Under the pieces are notes generated by a model, which was not told where the DNA came from, ran no database searches, and saw nothing but the letters and a program-made list of their open reading frames with translations. This document shows, one piece after another, positions 58,409 through 64,000 of a stretch of 64,000 nt of DNA. How positions within the stretch are numbered: the stretch's first letter is position 1; the number at the start of each line of letters is the position of its first letter. The position numbers and the translations under genes were made by a program. The stretch covers positions 160,001 to 224,000 of the forward strand of contig CAWFKH010000005.1 of the NCBI GenBank assembly GCA_963816355.1, read 5' to 3'. This stretch comes from an uncultured Gemmatimonadales bacterium (GTDB lineage: Bacteria > Gemmatimonadota > Gemmatimonadetes > Longimicrobiales > RSA9).

Positions 58409-59917
58409 GTGGACCTGTTCGTCCGCAAGTCGATCGACGAACTGCGCGCCCAGGCGTTCACCGAGGACGAGCACTCGCTGCGGCGCGCGCTCACGGCGAC
58501 GAACCTGGTGCTGCTCGGCATCGGCGCGATCATCGGCGCAGGGATCTTCGTGCTGACGGGGACGGCGGCCGCGCAGTACGCGGGGCCCGCGGTGGTGATC
58601 TCCTTCATCATCGCGGGCGTGGGATGCGCGCTCGCGGGGCTGTGCTACGCGGAGTTCGCGGCGATGATCCCGATCGCGGGGAGCGCGTACACGTACAGCT
58701 ACGCGACGCTGGGCGAGTTCGTGGCGTGGATCATCGGCTGGGACCTGATCCTGGAATACCTGTTCGGCTCGGCGACGGTCGCGGTGGGCTGGTCGGGGTA
58801 CTTCGTCGCGTTCCTGAAGGAGCTGGGCATCGATCTGCCGGCGGGATGGACGCAGGCGCCGCTGGACGTGGTGGGGACGCACACCCTGGTGCGCACGGCG
58901 GGCGGCGTGATCAACCTGCCGGCGATCGCCCTGATCCTGTGCATGACGGCGCTGTTGGTGATCGGGATCAAGGAGTCCGCCCGCTTCAACAACGTGATCG
59001 TGTTCCTGAAGACCGGCATCGTGGTGCTCGTCATCGTGTTCGGCTTCAGCCACGTGAATACGGCGAACTGGCACCCGCTGATCCCGCCGGGAACGGGTGA
59101 GTTCGGCCACTACGGCTGGACCGGCATCGTGCGGGCCGCGGCGGTCGTCTTCTTCGCCTACATCGGGTTCGACGCGGTTTCGACGGCGGCCCAGGAAGCG
59201 AAGAATCCGCAGAAGGACATGCCGATCGGGATGCTCGGCTCACTGGCGATCTGTACCGTGCTCTACATTCTGATGTCACTGGTGATGACCGGCCTCGCGA
59301 ACTACACGCAGCTGGACGTGCCGCACCCCGTGTACGTCGCGGTCGCGGCCGCGGGCCCGGCGCTCGCGTGGCTGACGTACTTCATCAACATCGCCGCGAT
59401 CGCGGGCCTCGCCTCGGTGGTGCTCGTGATGCTGATGGGGCAGCCGCGCATCTTCTACACAATGGCGCGCGACGGGCTGCTTCCGGACGTGTTCTCGAAG
59501 GTGCACCCGCGGTTCCGCACGCCCTACATCACGACGATCGTGACGGGGCTCACGGCGGCGCTCATCGCCGGCTTCTTCCCCATCGCGCTGCTCGGCGAGC
59601 TCGTGTCGATCGGGACCCTGCTCGCGTTCGTGATCGTGTGCGGCGGCGTGTGGTACCTGCGCGTCCACGAGCCGGACCGCGAGCGGCCGTTCCGCACGCC
59701 GTGGGTGCCGTTCGTCCCGATCATGGGGATCCTCGTGTGCGGCTTCATGATGTGGTTCCTGCCGATCGACACGTGGGTCCGCCTGATCGTGTGGATGCTG
59801 ATCGGACTGGTCATCTACTTCGTGTACGGCCGCAGCCACAGCGTGCTGCGGCGAACCGGCCACGGAGCGACGATCGGGCCCGAAGCGCCGGAGCCGACCT
59901 ACACCGAGCCGAAGTAG
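58409..59917 (+). CDS. Amino acid permease (CAT/APC family)
   Basis: GIGAIIGAGIF, CYAEFA, FFAYIGFDAVST. GTG 58409 follows AAGGAAGG. Confidence 0.95.
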   Translation: MDLFVRKSIDELRAQAFTEDEHSLRRALTATNLVLLGIGAIIGAGIFVLTGTAAAQYAGPAVVISFIIAGVGCALAGLCYAEFAAMIPIAGSAYTYSYATLGEFVAWIIGWDLILEYLFGSATVAVGWSGYFVAFLKELGIDLPAGWTQAPLDVVGTHTLVRTAGGVINLPAIALILCMTALLVIGIKESARFNNVIVFLKTGIVVLVIVFGFSHVNTANWHPLIPPGTGEFGHYGWTGIVRAAAVVFFAYIGFDAVSTAAQEAKNPQKDMPIGMLGSLAICTVLYILMSLVMTGLANYTQLDVPHPVYVAVAAAGPALAWLTYFINIAAIAGLASVVLVMLMGQPRIFYTMARDGLLPDVFSKVHPRFRTPYITTIVTGLTAALIAGFFPIALLGELVSIGTLLAFVIVCGGVWYLRVHEPDRERPFRTPWVPFVPIMGILVCGFMMWFLPIDTWVRLIVWMLIGLVIYFVYGRSHSVLRRTGHGATIGPEAPEPTYTEPK

Positions 59918-60001
59918 CGGCCGCACGCGTCATGCCTGCCGCAGGGGCGGCCGCCGGACCCGTCCGGCGGCCGCCGCGTCCGCGCCCACCCCACCCCTCC
60001 G

Positions 60002-62182
60002 CTGCTCCGCTTCGCGCTCGCCGCCGCGCTGGGCCTTGGCGGCTTCGCCGCGGCGGCGGCACCGCTCGCGGCGCGGGGATCCGCGGCGCTTGAAGCCGCG
60101 GCCGCCGAAGCCGCGGCACAGACGCCCGCGTCGGCGGGCGACACGATCTTCCCGCTGCCGCGGATCGTGGTGCATGCCCTCGGACCCGCGCTGCCCGTCA
60201 CGCGGGCGCCGTACGCCGTCACCGTGGTGGCGGCGCCCCTCCCGCGTGCTTCCGCACCGTCGCTCTCCCTCGCGGCTACTCTGGCGGCCGTCCCCGGCGT
60301 CGAGGTGGACGACCGCCACGACCACGCGCTCGGCGATCGCATCTCGATCCGCGGCTTCGGCGCGCGCTCCCAGTTCGGCGTCCGTGGCGTGGCCGTGCGG
60401 CTGGACGGCGTTCCACTGACGTTGCCGGACGGACAGACGACGCTGAGCCTGATCGACCCGGCGTTCCTCGATCGCGTGGAGGCGCTGCGCGGCCCCGCCT
60501 CCGCGCTCTACGGCAACGCGGCGGGAGGCGTCCTCCTGCTCGAGACGCGGCCGCCGCCGTCGCACGGCACCTCGGCACGGGGCGAGGCGGTTGCGGGCTC
60601 GTGGGGCGTGCGACGGATCGCGGCGGAGGGCGGCGCGGCGTGGGGGGGTGGCGGCGGCGTGCGCGCGGCCGTGAGTCGCGTCCGTTCCGGCGGGTTCCGC
60701 CGGCACGCGGCCGCCGACGTGTGGCGCGGGCACGCGCGCGCCCGCCTGGCGATGGGGGCGGAGGCCGCGCTGGACATCGCGCTCGACGGCACGACGTACG
60801 ACGCGCAGAACCCGGGTTCGCTTTCCGACTCGCTGCTGGCGAAGGACCCGCGCGCGGCGTTCGCGACGAACGTGAGGGACGACACCGGTGAGCGAGCGGA
60901 CGCGGCGCAGCTCGCCGCGCACGTGCGGGTGCCGCTCGGAGCCGCGCGCCTCGACGTGACGGGCTACGGCCGGCTGCGCCGGGTGGACAACCCGATTCCG
61001 ACGCGCGTCGTGGCGGTCGACCGCCGCGTGGGAGGCGTGGAGGCGCGCGTCGCGAGCGGCGAGGGCGGAGGTGGAAGCGAAGGGCGCGACGAGGGCAGGC
61101 GGGCGGAGCGCGGTCGCGGGGAGGGCGGGCCGGAGGAGCGCGGGCGCCCCATCGCGTGGATCGCCGGCGTGCAGCTCGGTGAGCAGTCGGACCTGCGGCG
61201 CAACTTCGCGAACGAGGCGGGCGCTCGGGGCGACGTCGTCCTGGACCAGCGCGAGCGCGTGCGTCTGGGCGCAATTTTCGCGCGGGTGTACGCGCGTGCG
61301 GCGGAACATGTGGGCGTGCTGGCGGGGCTGCGCTACGACGCCTACCGCTTCCGCGCGATCGACCACCTCGTGAGCGCGACCGATCCGGACGATTCGGGGC
61401 GGCGTGCGATGGCGGCGTGGAGCCCGACGCTCGGCGTCGACGTCGCGCTCGCCCCGTCGCTCGCGGTGTATGCGAACGCGGGGACGGCGTTCGAGACGCC
61501 GACGACGTCCGAGCTGACCAACAGGCCGAGCGGCGCGGGCGGTTTCAATGCGGAGCTGCAGCCGCAGCGCACGGTGTCGGTGGAGGTGGGCGCGAAGGGG
61601 CTCTTGCGCGGGCGCGTCCTGTACGAGCTGGCGGCGTACCGTGCGCGGGTGCGTGACGAGCTGGTGCCGTTCGAGGTCGAGGCCGTGCCGGGCCGCCAGT
61701 ACTTCCGCAACGCGGGCTCCGCGGTCCACCGGGGGATCGAGGTGCTGCTGCGCGTGGCGTTGTCCGGCGGCCTCGAGGCGCACGCCGCCTACACCCTCAC
61801 CGACGCCCGCTTCGACGCGTACCGGCTGGACGGCGTCGACCTGCACGGGCATCGCGTCCCCGGCGTCGCCCCGCAACGGCTCGACGTCGGCGCCGCGTGG
61901 AGGACCGCCGGCGTCCGCGCCGCGGCCGATGCGCGCTTCGTCGGCGCCACGCCGGTCGACGACGCCGCTGCCGCGCGCAGTCCCGGGTACGTCGTGGTGG
62001 ACCTCGCGTTCGACGCGCCGCCGCTGGCGCTCGGCGCCGCTCGCGCGACGCCGTTCCTCGCGATCGACAACGTTCTCGACCGCGCCTACGTGGGCTCGGT
62101 CACGGTCAACGCCTTCGGCGGTCGCTACTACGAGCCGGCGCCGCGGCGCTCGATCTATGCGGGGCTGCGTTTCGGCGGCTGA
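60002..62182 (+). CDS. TonB-dependent receptor (5' end anomalous; start uncertain)
   Basis: Plug motifs ISIRGFG, DGVP and VEALRGPASALYGNAAGGV; barrel end YYEPAPRRSIYAGLRF. A signal-peptide-like stretch is in frame upstream of GTG 60167. Confidence 0.9.
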   Translation: MLRFALAAALGLGGFAAAAAPLAARGSAALEAAAAEAAAQTPASAGDTIFPLPRIVVHALGPALPVTRAPYAVTVVAAPLPRASAPSLSLAATLAAVPGVEVDDRHDHALGDRISIRGFGARSQFGVRGVAVRLDGVPLTLPDGQTTLSLIDPAFLDRVEALRGPASALYGNAAGGVLLLETRPPPSHGTSARGEAVAGSWGVRRIAAEGGAAWGGGGGVRAAVSRVRSGGFRRHAAADVWRGHARARLAMGAEAALDIALDGTTYDAQNPGSLSDSLLAKDPRAAFATNVRDDTGERADAAQLAAHVRVPLGAARLDVTGYGRLRRVDNPIPTRVVAVDRRVGGVEARVASGEGGGGSEGRDEGRRAERGRGEGGPEERGRPIAWIAGVQLGEQSDLRRNFANEAGARGDVVLDQRERVRLGAIFARVYARAAEHVGVLAGLRYDAYRFRAIDHLVSATDPDDSGRRAMAAWSPTLGVDVALAPSLAVYANAGTAFETPTTSELTNRPSGAGGFNAELQPQRTVSVEVGAKGLLRGRVLYELAAYRARVRDELVPFEVEAVPGRQYFRNAGSAVHRGIEVLLRVALSGGLEAHAAYTLTDARFDAYRLDGVDLHGHRVPGVAPQRLDVGAAWRTAGVRAAADARFVGATPVDDAAAARSPGYVVVDLAFDAPPLALGAARATPFLAIDNVLDRAYVGSVTVNAFGGRYYEPAPRRSIYAGLRFGG

Positions 62183-62282
62183 GCGGGAGGCGCTACGTCC
62201 GGGGGGTTCCGCTTGGCGGCCGTGGCGGCGGGGTCTATCTTTTTCGCGGGTGCGATCAACGGACGACGACGGGAAGGCGAGG

Positions 62283-63341
62283 ATGCGCCAGACGCGGGAG
62301 TCGGAGAAGCCGTATCGGAGGTCCGTGCCGGCGTCGGGTCGCGCACCGGCCGTGGCGGCACGCGACGGGGCGACTCACGAGCCTCCCGCCGCGCCGCGGC
62401 GCAACGTCGGCATGCCGCTCGAGCTCGACTGGGTGCGCGAAGTGCGGGTGAACCGGAGCGCCGTCGAGCGGCGGACGGCGACGATTCCGACGCGCCGCTC
62501 GGTCAAGAAGGAGTGGCAGGCGGCGTGGCTGCTGCGCGCGATCACCTGCATCGACCTGACGACCCTCTCGGGCGACGACACGCCGGGCACGGTGCGGCGC
62601 CTGTGCGCGAAGGCGCGGCGGCCGGTGCGGCCGGACGTGCTGGACGCGCTCGGCGCCTCGGCGCTGCCGATCCGCGTCGCCGCCGTGTGCGTCTATCACG
62701 CGTACGTCGAGACGGCGGTCGCCGCGCTGAGCGGCAGCGGCATCCCGGTCGCCGCGGTCTCGACCGGCTTCCCCGCCGGGCTCAACCCGTTCCCGCAGCG
62801 GCTCGCCGAGATCCGCGCCTCGCTGGACGCGGGAGCGCAGGAGATCGACGTGGTGATCACGCGCGCGCACGTGCTCGAGGGGGAATGGGAGGCGCTCTAC
62901 GACGAGGTGCGCGCGTTCCGCGAGGCGTGCGGCGATGCGCACCTGAAGACGATCCTGGCGACCGGCGAGTTGGGCACGCTGCGCAACGTGGCCCGCGCGA
63001 GCCTGGTGTGCATGATGGCGGGCGCCGACTTCATCAAGACGTCCACGGGGAAGGAGTCGGTGAACGCGACGCTGCCGGTGGGGCTCGTCATGGCGCGCGC
63101 GATCCGCGCCTACCGCGAGCGCACGGGGTGCGACGTCGGCTTCAAGCCGGCGGGCGGGATCCGCGCGGCGAAGGATGCGCTGAGCTGGCTGCTGCTGATG
63201 AAGGAGGAGCTGGGCGCGCCGTGGCTCACGCCGGCGCTCTTCCGCTTCGGCGCCAGCTCGCTGCTCGGCGACATCGAGCGGCAGCTCGAGCACTTCGCGA
63301 CCGGCCGCTACTCGGCGGCCCACCGCCATCCGATGGCGTAG
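62283..63341 (+). CDS. deoC: Deoxyribose-phosphate aldolase (start 62283 or 62412)
   Basis: IDLTTLSGDDT, EIDVVI, GADFIKTSTGK, GFKPAGGI, RFGASSLL. Confidence 0.95.
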   Translation: MRQTRESEKPYRRSVPASGRAPAVAARDGATHEPPAAPRRNVGMPLELDWVREVRVNRSAVERRTATIPTRRSVKKEWQAAWLLRAITCIDLTTLSGDDTPGTVRRLCAKARRPVRPDVLDALGASALPIRVAAVCVYHAYVETAVAALSGSGIPVAAVSTGFPAGLNPFPQRLAEIRASLDAGAQEIDVVITRAHVLEGEWEALYDEVRAFREACGDAHLKTILATGELGTLRNVARASLVCMMAGADFIKTSTGKESVNATLPVGLVMARAIRAYRERTGCDVGFKPAGGIRAAKDALSWLLLMKEELGAPWLTPALFRFGASSLLGDIERQLEHFATGRYSAAHRHPMA

Positions 63342-63352
63342 GAGGAGGGACC

Positions 63353-64000
63353 ATGAGCAGAGTCGCGGAGATCTTCGAGACGATGGAATACGGCCCCGCG
63401 CCGGAGAGCCGGAGCGAGGCAGTGGCGTGGCTGGATGCGCACGGCCGCCGCTTCGGCCACTTCGTCGGCGGCGCGTGGCGGGAGTCGTCCGACGGCGAAC
63501 GGTTCGAGACGACGAACCCGGCGACCGGCGAGGCGCTGGCGGAGGTCGCGCAGGGGTCTCAGGCGGACGTCGACGCGGCGGTCGCGGCGGCGGCGGCCGC
63601 GTTTCCGGCGTGGCAGGCGCTGGGCGGCCACGGCCGGGCGCGGCACATGTACGCCCTCGCGCGGCATCTGCAGAAGCACGCCCGCTTCTTCGCGGTGCTC
63701 GAGTCGCTGGACAACGGCAAGCCGATCCGGGAGTCGCGCGACATCGACGTGCCACTCGTCGCCCGGCACTTCTATCACCACGCGGGCTGGGCGCAGCTCC
63801 TCGAGCGGGAGTTCCCCGGCCGCCGCTCGATCGGCGTGGTCGGCCAGATCATTCCGTGGAACTTCCCGCTGCTCATGCTGGCGTGGAAGGTGGCGCCGGC
63901 GCTCGCGGCGGGGAACACGGTGGTGCTCAAGCCGGCGGAGTTCACGCCGCTGACGGCGCTGCGCTTCGCGGAGATGTGCGCGGAAGCGGGCCTGCCCAGC
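63353..64000 (+). CDS. Aldehyde dehydrogenase (partial; runs off the window end)
   Basis: Manual translation: MSRVAEIFETMEYGPAPE...ESLDNGKP...GQIIPWNFPLLMLAWKVAPALAAGNTVVLKPAE; GGAGG SD. Confidence 0.93.
   Translation, partial: MSRVAEIFETMEYGPAPESRSEAVAWLDAHGRRFGHFVGGAWRESSDGERFETTNPATGEALAEVAQGSQADVDAAVAAAAAAFPAWQALGGHGRARHMYALARHLQKHARFFAVLESLDNGKPIRESRDIDVPLVARHFYHHAGWAQLLEREFPGRRSIGVVGQIIPWNFPLLMLAWKVAPALAAGNTVVLKPAEFTPLTALRFAEMCAEAGLPS

Noticed and set aside
58409..62182. TAG read-through fusing the amino acid permease to the in-frame TonB receptor
   Set aside because: An inner-membrane polytopic protein fused to an outer-membrane barrel is topologically implausible, and no recoding signal is evident.

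Overview
This is a very GC-rich bacterial chromosome segment. Its gene repertoire (futalosine-pathway mqnA, mlaEFD, a TonB-dependent receptor, several lineage-type hypotheticals) suggests a diderm, probably Gemmatimonadota; this is inference only. It holds about 57 mostly housekeeping CDSs, including trxB, an FTR1 iron permease, lysC-asd, mqnA-mlaEFD, rho, recF-dciA-gyrB, ssb, cax, fatty-acid oxidation genes, mrdA and deoC. A visibly lower-GC islet (~24.6-30.5 kb) downstream of gyrB carries an unknown 2-TM protein, an intact IS3 element and an AbiEi/AbiEii type IV toxin-antitoxin pair with a duplicated promoter/operator. The most intriguing signals are: (i) a symmetric four-box DnaA-box cluster at ~41.05-41.27 kb with GAT triplets and IHF-like sites at a local C-to-G skew flip, with no dnaA nearby, flanked by two divergent unannotated genes sharing a paralogous domain; (ii) a G-run-rich repeat in front of both recF-dciA-gyrB and ssb; (iii) a 7-codon relay mini-ORF between recF and dciA; (iv) a 1-kb structured, repeat-rich non-coding region upstream of a sigma54-type cytochrome c/cupredoxin operon; and (v) non-canonical or leaderless translation starts. 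No rRNA, tRNA or CRISPR array was seen. Family assignments come from motif recognition, not database searches.
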